From NCBI GenBank assembly GCA_963729045.1, contig CAVSMN010000021.1:4664-68663 (forward strand): a DNA stretch of 64,000 bases, read 5' to 3'. Position 1 is the first letter of the stretch. The number at the start of each line of letters is the position of its first letter. The stretch comes from an uncultured Nitrososphaeraceae archaeon. GTDB taxonomy: Archaea > Thermoproteota > Nitrososphaeria > Nitrososphaerales > Nitrososphaeraceae. Below the pieces are notes generated by a model. The model was not told the origin of the DNA. It did not search any database and saw only the letters and a list, made by a program, of their open reading frames with translations. Of the stretch, positions 1 to 11,134 are shown in pieces. Position numbers and translations under genes: made by a program.

Positions 1-99
1 AGTTAGAAGCTACAAGTATACATATTAGTCTTTGGGACAACTAAGAAAATTTCATCAACCATAATGTATAACACTATCAAAATATTTTCTATCATACAA

Positions 100-576
100 C
101 TACAATTCATTCTCCATTTCAGAATGCTCTTGTGAAGTCAACATTTTGCTGAAACCCATTGAAACCCATTCTTCAATCCACACACATTTTGCAGGGCTAT
201 ATTGACTAGTTTCATCGTCTGATGAACACAGATGCTGATAATTGCAACTGATACAAGGAGCACCTTCTATGTTTGCTATTTCGATAGGTTTTTTTGCTAA
301 TTCTGCGACTATCGATGATTTTTTTACAACCAATTTATACGTCCATCTGCCGTTATGTAACATTTTTTCTCGAGATATAAGGGACTGTTTTTCCAGATTA
401 CCTACTAATCTTGAGCCATCCCTGCTATCAAGAGAAAACGTCTTACAAAGTTCTGTTTGGAATATTCCGTTTTCACCGCTTTTGGATATTGTGTCAAATA
501 CTTGATCAATCAACTCGCTTTTAGTTTTAATTGAAACTTTTGGATTATAAGTTAACAGAGCTACTGTAGATAACAT
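100..576 (-). CDS. Archaeal TFE-beta / RPC34-like transcription factor (winged helix plus C-terminal Cys cluster)
   Basis: N-terminal wHTH (GIFQTELCKTFSLDSRDGSRLV) and C-terminal PC-x2-C-x5-C...SPAKC-x-W-x3-W motif typical of the RPC34/TFE-beta Fe-S domain. Confidence 0.75.
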   Translation of the reverse strand: MLSTVALLTYNPKVSIKTKSELIDQVFDTISKSGENGIFQTELCKTFSLDSRDGSRLVGNLEKQSLISREKMLHNGRWTYKLVVKKSSIVAELAKKPIEIANIEGAPCISCNYQHLCSSDDETSQYSPAKCVWIEEWVSMGFSKMLTSQEHSEMENEL

Positions 577-658
577 GATTAATTTTAGATAAATAAAATT
601 ATTTGAACTATTTTAAATAACGGTTATTTTTACACCACTCATTTGTTATTGATGATGG

Positions 659-714
659 CCCATGTGTATATCCTCATGATTTCCACCGAATCAGATACCT
701 ATTTATAGTAACGA
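659..714 (+). repeat. Dispersed modular element, A-linker-E
   Basis: ATGTGTATATCCTCATGATTT-CCACCGAATCA-GATACCTATTTATAGTAACGA. Confidence 0.9.
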
Positions 715-1371
715 TATATTAGAATTTGTTATATCTCAAAAAACTAGACCATTTTTCTGATCATATTATTATTCAAGCATTGATTAATCCGTATGCTTAG
801 GGAAAGGGCCTGCATAATACGAAAATTTTACATTTTCCCTTAAATCCAAAGATGTAAAAAGACAACATCCTTCATTGCTAAACAGAGGTTTGAGTTTTCT
901 AAATCTTGAAGAAGCATCAAATAAAAATGACTCGACTATTAAAGCTCGCCAAAAAGGGGAAAAGCCTGTTAGAAAGAACAATGCGTTACATAAAGGGCAA
1001 AACTGAATTTTAAGATGATTATTTTCCATGCAGACTAGAAAATTGTAAACTAGAGCATATACGGGATTGGTCGAATCTATTCACTGAATACCACAACTAG
1101 GATTTAGGAACAGTTAATTGAACATAGCAATAGACTTATTATTAATCTCTATTTCTTCTGCAATTGCATTAATGCTATGTGTAGATTTCGAATGTAAATT
1201 AGAATTCTTTGACATGTTTGCTGACAAGAAATAGATTTGTTAAAACAAAGAAAATCTATTCGGTCTGGATAAAATAATTAAGTAGATAGAGTAAGTAAAA
1301 AGTAATCCCTTTCTAATGAGTCCAATTAACTCAATTATTCATATTATTTGACCTGTGAATAGGACATATAT

Positions 1372-1473
1372 ATGAAAGTGAAACATCTATTATTATCGAT
1401 CATTTTAGCCACGTTTATCGCCGGATTTGGTCTATTTGAATCCTCAAACACTAGTGCGCAGAACCCCCTTTAA
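1372..1473 (+). pseudogene. Signal-peptide remnant of a secreted protein
   Basis: MKVKHLLLSIILATFIAGFGLFESSNTSAQNPL* followed by stop-riddled sequence. Confidence 0.4.
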
Positions 1474-1805
1474 TGGGCTTCGGAAATAACTATCCATTGA
1501 ATCATATAATTAAACTAGAGTTTGAATCTAGGACAAGCATACATTGACTGTTTTGCAGTTGTGTTCCTGTTAATCATTACTATAGCCTAGACTTTAACCA
1601 AATGATCCCAAAGAGGATAAGGACGGTGTTGGATGAGTTGAGGAGAGAATTAAGTTAGTCTAAACAGTAGTAACGATAGAAATAGTCAAGGTTTGTTGTT
1701 TAGCGAAATGTTTAACTGATTACAGAACATAATTCAGACTATATAACGGATATTAAACGACTTTTTCAGGTCACAAATAAATTAACTATGATAATTAAAG
1801 GTAAA

Positions 1806-2286
1806 ATGTTCCATAATTAATTATTGACCATACTTACATTGTATTTTCCTGTCTCTATCCAATCTAATCTAGTATCTGCCCAAAGTGACGGTTATACTCA
1901 TGGGTGCTCAGATGGAAAAATATAATCCGAATCAAAGATACCTAAATCAGCCAGGAAATGGATCTGAAAATCAAAATGAAGAATTCAGGAATGAGTATAT
2001 CAAAGGCTTTAATGATTGTTATGGCAGCTACAATACCTGTTATGATCAGGGCGTCCTTGACGGAATGACTGTTAACGAAAACATGAGGACAGGTCAATTT
2101 GAGAGCCAAGTTCAAAGATACGGTGGTTGCTACGACCAGGGCTTTCATTTTGGATGTGCATTGGTAAAGGGTATGCAGAGGCTTGTTTTGATTATCTGTA
2201 TGAGCCGCCCCAAAACATCGGGCAACCATGAATTAATTCATGGCAGATCCATAGTGATCAGTCCTATTTACAAGATTAAAATATGA
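1806..2286 (+). pseudogene. Degraded secreted protein with GY/GC-type repeats
   Basis: Broken signal peptide ...VSAQSDGYTHGCSDGK is out of frame with ORF 1885-2286 (YIKGFNDC, CYDQG x2). Confidence 0.45.
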
Positions 2287-3262
2287 AGAAAATGGTCTAA
2301 CCATTTCTTTATACTTTCATAAACCTTCGGTTACAAATAAATCGATAATATCTATTGTTAATTATTACTGCTAAGATGAGTGGTTTTATATTGCCTAGTT
2401 TTGTTTGTTTGGCTTTCTTTGGTTTAATTTCATCAATCAAAATAACCATGCTTTAATCTCTCAAGATCAGTAGATTCTATTGTTATTGTTTCAAATACTC
2501 ATTGTGGAGAGTTTGTCATTCATAATTCCCAAACAAGTAAATCCTAAAATTGACAAGCAGTCAGAAATTCCGAAATGTCCCTCAAAATGGTCAATAACTG
2601 AACTGATCCAGTATTGTGGACCTGATACTAACGAAATAATTACACAGAGAGTAACACCGGTGCTAGATTAGTTGAGGAAAGAGTTAAACTTACAAAACCT
2701 CCAAATAATAGAGGTTAGTTCCTTTAGACAGCTCTGATTAAATTTTACTCAGCAAGTTCCATCCGTACTGAAAAATGTGTTTTTGGCGGTCTAAATTGGA
2801 CTGAATATTCCTCCGTGTCTGGTTAAAACATTGGTTGCCTACTGCTACACTGCAATCCGGACCAGTTTGATCGCCATATGCTGCGACACCACCTCCGGTG
2901 GCATCACTACCTTCTCCTATAACAAATCCGCAATAGCCACAATTACTATTATCAGTACCAGACTCTCCATTAGCAACACCACCTTTCTTAACTCTACATA
3001 CTATCTTTATATTCTATTGGGGTGTTAGCTACATCCATGAAGGAACACGGAAAGGTAACAACAACAAATGTAATTATTCTAACAACAGTAACAATAGTAT
3101 TCATTGGTGCGTTTATTTGTGCTATCACTATCTTACGACAAAAGACTAATGCGTAGTATGTACCAAATCCAGCTTATTCTGGTGGTGGAGAAGGACCACC
3201 GATAAAACCGTTCCATCCACCTAGTGATGCAGCTCATAGCAAACAGCAAGAAGGGTTTAATA

Positions 3263-3295
3263 CCACCGAACCCACATAGCATAACAGTTCTTTTA
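3263..3295 (+). repeat. Dispersed modular element, linker plus degenerate D
   Basis: CCACCGAACCC-ACATAGCATAACAGTTCTT. Confidence 0.5.
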
Positions 3296-3383
3296 AATGG
3301 GTTCTACTAACAGATGGATAAAAAATGATAAAATTTATACTAGTTTTATCTCATATTGGAAACTTCGATCTAACTTCTTAGAA

Positions 3384-4544
3384 TTAGTGTTTTCTTCCTC
3401 CAAAGCCTCCGAGCCTCCTGATGCCCATGGCAGTTTTTGCCTCTTTCAATACATCATTTACATATTCTTTCATCGACTCGAGGGATTCCTCTATTTCCTT
3501 TCTTCTTTTTTCAGCCTCAAATAGTTCCCTCGTTTTTTTCTCAACTTCTTTAATGAGAGTGTTATTCCACTTTGCTAAAAGTATTATCAATACTACTACA
3601 GCGACAAAGGTTGAGGTAAATAAAGTTAACATCTTTAGATTCTCGGCGGAAATTACATGTCGGATTTGTGAGTGAATTTGGTCCGTCGGTGTGACAATCT
3701 GTATAAAAAATTCAGGTCTATCTCCGATGATGACAGGAGATTGAGTATTCAGTCTTTCTCCCCTTCCATAGTCATAAATAGCGTAACCCGAGTTGCCCAT
3801 CAGGAGAGAGCGAGTAAGGTTGTTCAATATTGTATTGTGATTTATAAAATCCTGTACATAGTTCCCAAAATAGTTCTGCCCTATCAATTTCTTGTCCACA
3901 CCATTGGCTAGGATAGTCCCCGATCGATCAAAAGCGACCAGAAATTGTCTGTCCCCGAGTTCCACATTTCCATATTTTGCAAAAAAGGGCTCAGTGGGAA
4001 TAGCGGCTCCTACTATTCCTATATATTGGTTCGATTCTCTATTGACTATCGGATATGTTATGAATTCCCTATAGATACCCTGTCTTTCAAATCCACCAGA
4101 TAGTGTTAGGTTGAGGTTGGTCTTGGTGTCTCTGATCCAATTTCTTAGCGAGAAGTCTTGTCCCAGAAAAGTTTCAGTTCCTCTGGGTGCCAAGCTCATA
4201 CGTACTACTCCATCCTCGTCAATCACAAAGAGCCGATTTACAATATCGTCGTAGTCGTCGTACTTTTCTTTTAGTAACATTTCTGGTTCTGTTCCCATTA
4301 AATCGCCTTCTTGAAAGTATTTAGATGTCGCCAATCCATCTAACATAGTAATTACAAGATTAAGATCTGACTGAATATGATTGGAAATACTCTTTGTGGA
4401 TTCAAGTTGCCTCTCCTTCTCCTCCTCAATGAACCTGTCTCTAACCGATTCTTCAGTAATGCTCTGATTGTAGATAATTAATCCTACGGATAGAGATAAA
4501 ATCAAGATTACTGATATTATGCCAATTTTCTTAACTTTGTCCAA
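3384..4544 (-). CDS. Membrane-anchored Cache (dCache-like) sensor protein lacking a kinase domain
   Basis: Two TM helices flank an extracellular region resembling the sensor of the kinase at 22681-24638 (YAIYDYGRGERLNT vs YAIYDFGTGERLNT); ends in a coiled coil with no H-box. Confidence 0.75.
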   Translation of the reverse strand: MDKVKKIGIISVILILSLSVGLIIYNQSITEESVRDRFIEEEKERQLESTKSISNHIQSDLNLVITMLDGLATSKYFQEGDLMGTEPEMLLKEKYDDYDDIVNRLFVIDEDGVVRMSLAPRGTETFLGQDFSLRNWIRDTKTNLNLTLSGGFERQGIYREFITYPIVNRESNQYIGIVGAAIPTEPFFAKYGNVELGDRQFLVAFDRSGTILANGVDKKLIGQNYFGNYVQDFINHNTILNNLTRSLLMGNSGYAIYDYGRGERLNTQSPVIIGDRPEFFIQIVTPTDQIHSQIRHVISAENLKMLTLFTSTFVAVVVLIILLAKWNNTLIKEVEKKTRELFEAEKRRKEIEESLESMKEYVNDVLKEAKTAMGIRRLGGFGGRKH

Positions 4545-4624
4545 TCAGACCCATTATTATTACCATCTTAGCTCTTATTAACCAATTCTGGGATGAGGGC
4601 GAATTTGAATCTAGGCTTATATAG

Positions 4625-5995
4625 TTGACTATGTATCTCACTATAAGATTGCTACGACCAGCGCTTATTACCGCTATAGGGGTACTAGCAGTTTCCATTT
4701 TAGCGAATTATTCATTAAGTTTTGGAAGTAATTTGCAGCAGATAGATAACTCATCGAACAAAGAAAATGTCACACTTTCCGCAATCCTTGAAGACCAAGG
4801 CGATCCGGCAAGGTGGAATTCGCTGATTGGGCCAGCTCTGGATAGGCTTAGAGAGGAGCATCCTGATACCACCATCAACATCGACTACAGAACTTTTCCT
4901 TATAATGAAACAAGAGAGAAGTTATTATCGACTCTTTCGGAACACATCCCAATTGATCTTATTACACTTGACCAGATCTGGCTTGGAGAGTTTGCTGAGG
5001 ACCGATTAATTGCGGATCTTACAAACTACACACAAACCTGGGATCGTCAGAAAGATTGGTATGAAGTAAATTGGGATGGTGGTGCATTAGGTGAGAATAT
5101 CTATGGCATATGGGCATGGACTGATGTAAGAGGAATTTGGTACTGGAAGGATTTACTAGAAGAGGCCTCAGTTGATCCTAACTCACTGAAGACATGGGAC
5201 GGATATATCGCAGCGGCAAAGCAACTAGATTCAGTACTTCGACCTAAAGGGATAGAAGGAATTCATCTTACAGGAGCTGGGCATTCCCCTGACCTCTGGT
5301 ATCCATATCTTTGGATGCTCGGTGGAAATATCTTACAGGAGAGAGAAGGACATCCCACAAAAGGTACTTACTGGTTTCCTGCTTTTAATAGCAGCGAAGG
5401 AGTAAGGGCGATGAATTTCATAAAGGATCAGGTGGATGCGGGCATAAAACCTCAAAAGAATCATTTCTGGGGAGAGGAGTTTCTTGATCGAAAATTTGCT
5501 GTAATGATAGAAGCCCTACAACATCATATACCCATAACGACTGCCGACAACCGATCTGCATTTGAAGAGAAGGTCGGATTTATACCCATGTTTCCTGTTC
5601 CACATGAAGGCAATCAAACTTCTACCTTAATGGGGGGATGGCTGTTCAGTATACCTTCATCTTCAACTCACAAGGATCTCGCATGGGAGCTAATTACCAT
5701 TATGCTGGAACCAGATATTCTTGGTCCATATCTCGTAAACCATGCAAATTTGCCAACTCAGATTCCAATTGGCGAAGGTCCTTTTTCGGAAGAACCAATG
5801 AGTGTTATACCATATTATGACGATTTGATTTCCATGATTAACTCTGGTCATGAGAGACCCAATATCAGAGAATATTCTCAGATAGCTGAGTTTGTGAAGG
5901 AGGCACTAGATGGCGTTTTCTATAAAGGCGCGGACCCAAAACGAGCTCTAGATGATGCTGCCTCTGCTTCTGCAAAAGTGCTTGGTTGGTTGTAA
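4625..5995 (+). CDS. Extracellular solute-binding protein, family 1 (sugar ABC-type)
   Basis: Signal peptide; DLITLDQIWLGEFA, IWYWKDLLEEA, TWDGYIAAAKQL, LMGGWLFSI, AWELI motifs. Confidence 0.85.
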   Translation: MTMYLTIRLLRPALITAIGVLAVSILANYSLSFGSNLQQIDNSSNKENVTLSAILEDQGDPARWNSLIGPALDRLREEHPDTTINIDYRTFPYNETREKLLSTLSEHIPIDLITLDQIWLGEFAEDRLIADLTNYTQTWDRQKDWYEVNWDGGALGENIYGIWAWTDVRGIWYWKDLLEEASVDPNSLKTWDGYIAAAKQLDSVLRPKGIEGIHLTGAGHSPDLWYPYLWMLGGNILQEREGHPTKGTYWFPAFNSSEGVRAMNFIKDQVDAGIKPQKNHFWGEEFLDRKFAVMIEALQHHIPITTADNRSAFEEKVGFIPMFPVPHEGNQTSTLMGGWLFSIPSSSTHKDLAWELITIMLEPDILGPYLVNHANLPTQIPIGEGPFSEEPMSVIPYYDDLISMINSGHERPNIREYSQIAEFVKEALDGVFYKGADPKRALDDAASASAKVLGWL

Positions 5996-6178
5996 TTCAC
6001 GATATATGAAGCTACCATATGCTGTTTCTATATGGAATAGAGGCATCGAGAATATCCGGGGCATTGACTTGAGATGTCATCCTTGAAGCATCCCAAGAGA
6101 TCGCAGTCATATTTTCCAATTCAATGCAGGGTTAATTGTGGAGTAATGAAATATCTCGACATAGATTGCATACACTAG

Positions 6179-6220
6179 TGTATTACATACCGCCGAATCC
6201 GCTATCTATTTATAGTAACT
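6179..6220 (+). repeat. Dispersed modular element, partial B-linker-E
   Basis: TGTATTACATA-CCGCCGAATCC-GCTATCTATTTATAGTAAC. Confidence 0.8.
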
Positions 6221-6324
6221 ACTGGTAAGACAATGAAGTATCATTCTATGTTAAATTGCTTGGATTTTGATAAATAAAGGGATGAGTGCTTTACCCAGTC
6301 CTGCGGTTTTTTTGTCTTATCCTG

Positions 6325-6522
6325 TTAAAAGTAAGATATTACCTGACTATCATGCTCTGTAGATTGTCCTTGGAATATGGGGGAACCAGAATACATATTT
6401 CCAGCATCTGATTGTCCACCTGCATTATTTCCGGAATTTACCTGTACCTGAGTGTTTATGTTATTACCAGGTCCGAGTATTCTTTCAAATGACAAGAGTA
6501 ACGTTCCAATTACAGAAACCAT
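6325..6522 (-). pseudogene. Remnant of Q/N/S/G-rich secreted repeat-family protein
   Basis: GNNINTQVQVNSGNNAGGQS resembles the repeat unit of the 60018-61848 protein. Confidence 0.5.
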
Positions 6523-6774
6523 TTCTGGAATTAATTTCTAACATACGTATTTTCCATTACCTGGGTTATACCTCTATCAAACTGGAAGACTCAACCATTC
6601 TAGTCGCTATGACCTCATCCTGAAAAAAACACTAATAAACCCGTCAAATGGGTCTGTCAAGATAACCAAAATAAGAAAAATCTATCAAATTATACGATGA
6701 TAATTCTAAAAAATTTTTTCTCAGGCACACAAACCTTCACTCTGAACTAACCTTGTAGCAATGACTATTTATCT

Positions 6775-7609
6775 ATGTACATTATAAGAGAAACATTGAA
6801 TCAAATAACTAATTTGTTAGTACTTTTGATAGTGGCTTTATTTATTTTACCTGTCTCAGCATTCATGTATGCTAGTGGGTCTACTGATAATAGTGACTCA
6901 TCACCGTCTGACTTTCTTCCCGATAACGTCGACTCATCATCCGGTAGTGAGTCTACTGATAATAGTAACGGCACGTCAGACAGTGGGTCTACTGATAATA
7001 GTGACTCATCACCGTCTGACTTTCTTCCCGATAACGTCGACTCATCATCCGATAGCGGGTCTACTGATGTAAATGCCGATTCATCAACAATCGACTACGG
7101 AAAATAATCCCACTTTACCAAGTGAATCTCCGTTAAGTAACAATACTGGAAATGTACAAGGGGAGGATTTGGTCAGCATCATCCTGACCTTGCACAACCA
7201 AGAGCGTGCTGCAGTTGGGGTTCCACCGCTTACGTGGAGCGACAGCCTCGCCGCCCACGCACAGCCTTGGGCCGATAATGTATATGCTACAGGTGATGCG
7301 TCCCATTCAAGTGGGCGTGCTGACTTCGGTTTTTATGGTGAGAACATGGCAAGGGGAGGAGGTCCGTCTTATGCAACTCCGTCTTGGCTAGCTCAGACGT
7401 GGGCCAACGAAAAGAGTGGATATGTACCGGGCACCCCCGCGTCCGATAGCACTGGCCATTACACTCAGATGGTTGACAAGCAATCAACCGAGGTTGGTTG
7501 CGGGTTTACTAGTGGACCCGGTGGTCTATACGCTGAATATGGTGGAACGAATGTATTGGTTTGTCAATATACTCCCCCTGGCAACTGGAATAGTCAACCA
7601 CCATATTAG
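6775..7609 (+). CDS. Secreted CAP/SCP (PR-1-like) domain protein with Ser/Asp linker, frameshifted near 7075-7105
   Basis: Signal peptide and S/D repeats in ORF 6775-7107; HNQERAAVGVPPLTWS, GENMA, GHYTQMV, VGCG, VCQYTPPGN in ORF 7073-7609. Confidence 0.85.
6879..7051 (+). repeat. Internal ~65-bp direct repeat (two copies, 108 bp apart)
   Basis: GTCTACTGATAATAGTGACTCATCACCGTCTGACTTTCTTCCCGATAACGTCGACTCATCATCCG at ~6879 and ~6987. Confidence 0.9.
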
Positions 7610-8040
7610 AAGGACCTCCTTCCTGTCACGGTAAGTACTCGCCTTTCACCCTGAACCAAGACCAAAGACGTTGCTTTTACAAACAAATTAGCACTTAAAA
7701 AATGAGAGTGAGGTGGAGTCTCCCTCTTTTATTTTTTAAAAGAATTTGAAGGATTCAAAAAACCATAGTGAACAAATGATACTCTTATGTATTTAACGGA
7801 GTTTCCTTACGATATGAAATTTTTGAGTAATAATTAATCGGTCTAGTCTATTCATAATAATTTTATCAAACTAAAATTTACTAGATCAATAATCATATCG
7901 ACAAGGTGGAGCCTACAGGACCTTAAAGAATAAAATTCACAATACAAAACCGTGAGAAATTGACGTTCATAATGGCAAAACTCTCTACATTCAGAAAATA
8001 GTATTTCAAAGCAGATAAATATTGTTTGTCAATTCTTGAT

Positions 8041-8082
8041 TTGCAAATTCAAGTCGAATTTGTTTCACATATCACCGAACCA
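8041..8082 (+). repeat. Dispersed modular element, B-linker
   Basis: TTGCAAATTCAAGTCGAATTTGTTTCACATA-TCACCGAACCA. Confidence 0.85.
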
Positions 8083-8294
8083 AAATTGAGGTTATTTTTT
8101 CTAGAGAATATGCTTAAAAAGTCACTAAAGATTTAACATCTTTTAAAATTCTCGCATAGATGGAGGAGGATTGGCTAAAAGAATAAAGTGGATCTAGTTA
8201 AGGATAGTATGAGTTATAACTCAAATATTTCTTAAAGATTCTTCCCAATTGTTTATTGGTATAGTTTTTTTCTAAAATCAATTAGGGGGAGATA

Positions 8295-8795
8295 TTGTCC
8301 ATCAAATTAATTCCAGTTTTAATTTTCATAGCGCTACTATCCAATATTCTATTGGATATAGATCCAGTCTCGGCTGACACTTTAGTGACTAGCGCAGAAG
8401 TTGGCGATAATCCTTTGTTGTTAGAATATGATCCCAATAGTGGGAAAGTCGATATATTAACTCGCGATTCTAATATTCTAAATCAAACTGTTGCTCCATG
8501 GGGTTGCACTCCTGAAATAACAAAGGGCTGTATAGACATGACCAATGCATCCAGCACATATCTTAGCATTGCTATAGGTGCTGTTGTTGGTGCGTTAATT
8601 AGTTGGTTGGTATACGCTTTACAAAAAAGGTCCACTGTCAAACAAGATGAAAACCTCAAGAGACTCAAAGAGTTAGATGAAAGACATGATAATATCTTAA
8701 ACGTAATACAACAATTCCAAAAACATCAGGAAAAACTTCTTGAACAAATACTTGGTCTGGAAAAAAAAATTGACTCTTTAATTGAGAGGAAATAG
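8295..8795 (+). CDS. Hypothetical membrane protein (signal peptide, one YVTN-like blade, TM helix, coiled coil)
   Basis: EVGDNPLLLEYDPNSGKV; TM YLSIAIGAVVGALISWLVY; C-terminal coiled coil. Confidence 0.6.
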   Translation: MSIKLIPVLIFIALLSNILLDIDPVSADTLVTSAEVGDNPLLLEYDPNSGKVDILTRDSNILNQTVAPWGCTPEITKGCIDMTNASSTYLSIAIGAVVGALISWLVYALQKRSTVKQDENLKRLKELDERHDNILNVIQQFQKHQEKLLEQILGLEKKIDSLIERK

Positions 8796-9085
8796 AATAA
8801 TACCTGATATCCTTAGAGGATAAATCATAAGCGGATGTATCACCGATGGTAATACAAAATAACTATCATTATATTTTTTAAAAAAGAAATGAGCTCTCAA
8901 ACTCCTTCAGATTCTTAATCTATTTGTACATTCTACATATTACCCAAAATCTCCCTCAAGATTAATTCTTTTTGTCTTTGAGACATACTTAGTTCTGAAA
9001 GTGTTAGTCAATTGTTAAATCCAAAATTGAACGTTAAAAATATGGATCTAGCCGACCTATCCAAGGTTATTTTGTGTGCAAGATA

Positions 9086-9114
9086 AGTCAAACTTGTTTC
9101 ACATACCACCGAGG
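9086..9114 (+). repeat. Dispersed modular element, B-linker
   Basis: AGTCAAACTTGTTTCACATA-CCACCGAGG. Confidence 0.8.
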
Positions 9115-9169
9115 ACAAATATCTAAGATAGTAATTCTTTTAATAATTTGTTGTAATTGTTATAAAGTT

Positions 9170-9295
9170 ATGTATGAAGAACATACGATAAAATGTTCAT
9201 CGTGTGACAAATTATTTACTTCAAAATACGACGAGACTGTTTGTGATGAGTGCCCTAATGAACTTGAAAAAAATAGTATGTTTAATGCATTATAG
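9170..9295 (+). CDS. Zinc-finger microprotein (CxxC...CxxC), 41 aa
   Basis: MYEEHTIKCSSCDKLFTSKYDETVCDEC; close paralog at 25603-25713 supports this start. Confidence 0.7.
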   Translation: MYEEHTIKCSSCDKLFTSKYDETVCDECPNELEKNSMFNAL

Positions 9296-9309
9296 GATAA
9301 CCTTCAAGT

Positions 9310-9707
9310 CTATTTATTCCCCGATGTCATTATCTTTTTTAGTTCTTCATAAAACTCCTTGCTTGGAGATGAAGTGGATAATGATGTTTGCCATTGTTTT
9401 TCAATTGTTTTAACCGCTAATTCAGCCGCTTTGTCTATATTATTTCCCCAATCTCTTTCAATTATTTTCTTTATCTTCTCTACATGAACTTCTTTTAAAG
9501 CTTCAAAAAATGCGCTTTCCAATAATTTTTTTGCACCTTCAATTGGATCGGTGTTGCAACACGAACAACTGGTCATTACTACCATGCATTGTTTCACACC
9601 CACAACTATTGCATTCATGCATATCTGAATACTTGTTATGACTGTGATGTGAAGACTTCTCTTCCATAATGAACTTCGCAATTTGAATCACATTGATTTC
9701 CTGTCAT
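9310..9707 (-). CDS. His/Cys-rich putative metal-binding protein (two apparent frameshifts)
   Basis: Reconstruction from ATG 9707: MTGNQCDSNCEVHYG/EKSSHHSHNKYSDMHECNSCGCETMHGSND/CSCCNTDPIEGAKKLLESAFFEALKEVH. Confidence 0.55.
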
Positions 9708-9729
9708 CAATAAATCACTTTGTAATAGT

Positions 9730-9797
9730 CACTATAAAAAAGTAAGTATATAAATTGGTAAGTGATATAATTGTAAGTAGATGAGAGATTGGTAAGT
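9730..9797. promoter_or_regulatory. Candidate operator between divergent genes
   Basis: GTAAGT repeated at 9742, 9758, 9773, 9792 directly upstream of the HxlR-family gene. Confidence 0.4.
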
Positions 9798-10258
9798 TGA
9801 CAGAAGAAATAAATACCTTAAAACAAAATCATCAATACGAAACTCGTTATAATCAGTCAGTTAGAATAGATGGAATGAAATGCAAATGCTGTCCTGTTTT
9901 TAACACCTTTAACATTATTGGTAAGAAATTTTCGCTATTGATACTTCGGAATATGATTTATAATAATCAGAGAAGATTTAATGAATTTTTAAATTCTATT
10001 GAAGAAATAAATCCTAAAACATTATCTATTCGTCTAAAAGAAATGGAAAAAGATGGAATCATAAAACGACAAATATACCATGAGACTCCTGTTAGAATAG
10101 AATACCACTTAACTCAGAAAGGTAAAGAATTACGACCGATATTGGAGCAAATGGCTTTATTTTCTCTAAAATATTGTTGTGATCAAATATTTGATAATCC
10201 TGATCCTGTCAAGATTGGCAAGATTACTGCCAGATCATTTGGAAAATATGGTGCATAA
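9797..10258 (+). CDS. HxlR-family winged-helix transcriptional regulator
   Basis: CPVFNTFNIIGKKFSLLIL...RRFNEF...INPKTLSIRLKEMEKDGII.R...PVRIEYHLTQKGKEL. Confidence 0.9.
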   Translation: MTEEINTLKQNHQYETRYNQSVRIDGMKCKCCPVFNTFNIIGKKFSLLILRNMIYNNQRRFNEFLNSIEEINPKTLSIRLKEMEKDGIIKRQIYHETPVRIEYHLTQKGKELRPILEQMALFSLKYCCDQIFDNPDPVKIGKITARSFGKYGA

Positions 10259-10533
10259 GTATATTTTTGAAAATGGTCCTTTTATGTATACAATACCAAA
10301 TCATCCAGTTACTCTAGTTTTTCGCAAACTGAAAGGCAGAGATTAGACTAAGATTGATTACAGAAATTAACCAAGTAATTATTTGATCTTATCCCCATTT
10401 GAGATTATTCTAAATATTTTTTATATCTCTTATCGTCTGATACTGTCAACCAACTCGATTATATTAGTATGTTTACATCTGATTCCCTTTTATAATTTGT
10501 TTTCTAAAACATTAAGGAATCATGTGAAATAAC

Positions 10534-10749
10534 ATGGGATGTAAAAATATTTGTAAAAAGTATATGGCATCAAAACCATCAAACAAACAATCAAGATACG
10601 CAGAAGGACAAAAGAGATGTAGCGTATGGGAAATTTATATCAAATGGGATGGATTATGTTGTCCGTGTTGTGGTTATAAACTAAGATTCAGACCAATAAA
10701 TACAAGACTAAGAAGAAAGATTACTAGGCCACTATATCCAAGATTATGA
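10534..10749 (+). CDS. Small Cys-rich zinc-binding protein
   Basis: CKNIC...RYAEGQKRC..W...CPCCGYKLR; one expected Cys reads as Trp. Confidence 0.7.
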   Translation: MGCKNICKKYMASKPSNKQSRYAEGQKRCSVWEIYIKWDGLCCPCCGYKLRFRPINTRLRRKITRPLYPRL

Positions 10750-11068
10750 AAAATTAATCCAAAACTAATGTTCATTAAGTCTGAAATGATCATAGATTAA
10801 ATAATATGTATACAAAAGTTAATGTTTTATCGGGTAGAACTATAATTTCGCAAGAAAATATAGCTTTATTCAATAATAGCATTTTTAGACTCTAGTATAG
10901 GACATACGAGGATTTGCAAATATCGCGAGTTCAGCTGTGAGAATTAGGATTATTCTTTAAGAGAACAGTATAATCATGAATTGACCATCCGTTGTAATTA
11001 TTATTATACCTAGGAAACCCACAAATCTTTGAAAACAAATTTCATTCTCCTGATTAATATTAATTCCC

Positions 11069-11125
11069 AACTAGTGTGAAATTTCATACTCGTCCCACCG
11101 AATTAGATACCTACTTATAGTAACG
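11069..11125 (+). repeat. Dispersed modular element, C-linker-E
   Basis: GTGTGAAATTTCATACTCGTC-CCACCGAATTA-GATACCTACTTATAGTAACG. Confidence 0.9.
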
Positions 11126-11134
11126 TTTTAATAT

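Noticed and set aside
784-1029. 81-aa minus-strand ORF and similar short ORFs (2480-2671, 2831-3028, 41890-42511, 43001-43264, 54503-54745, 59595-60028)
   Set aside because: No recognisable motifs; probably spurious or decayed remnants.
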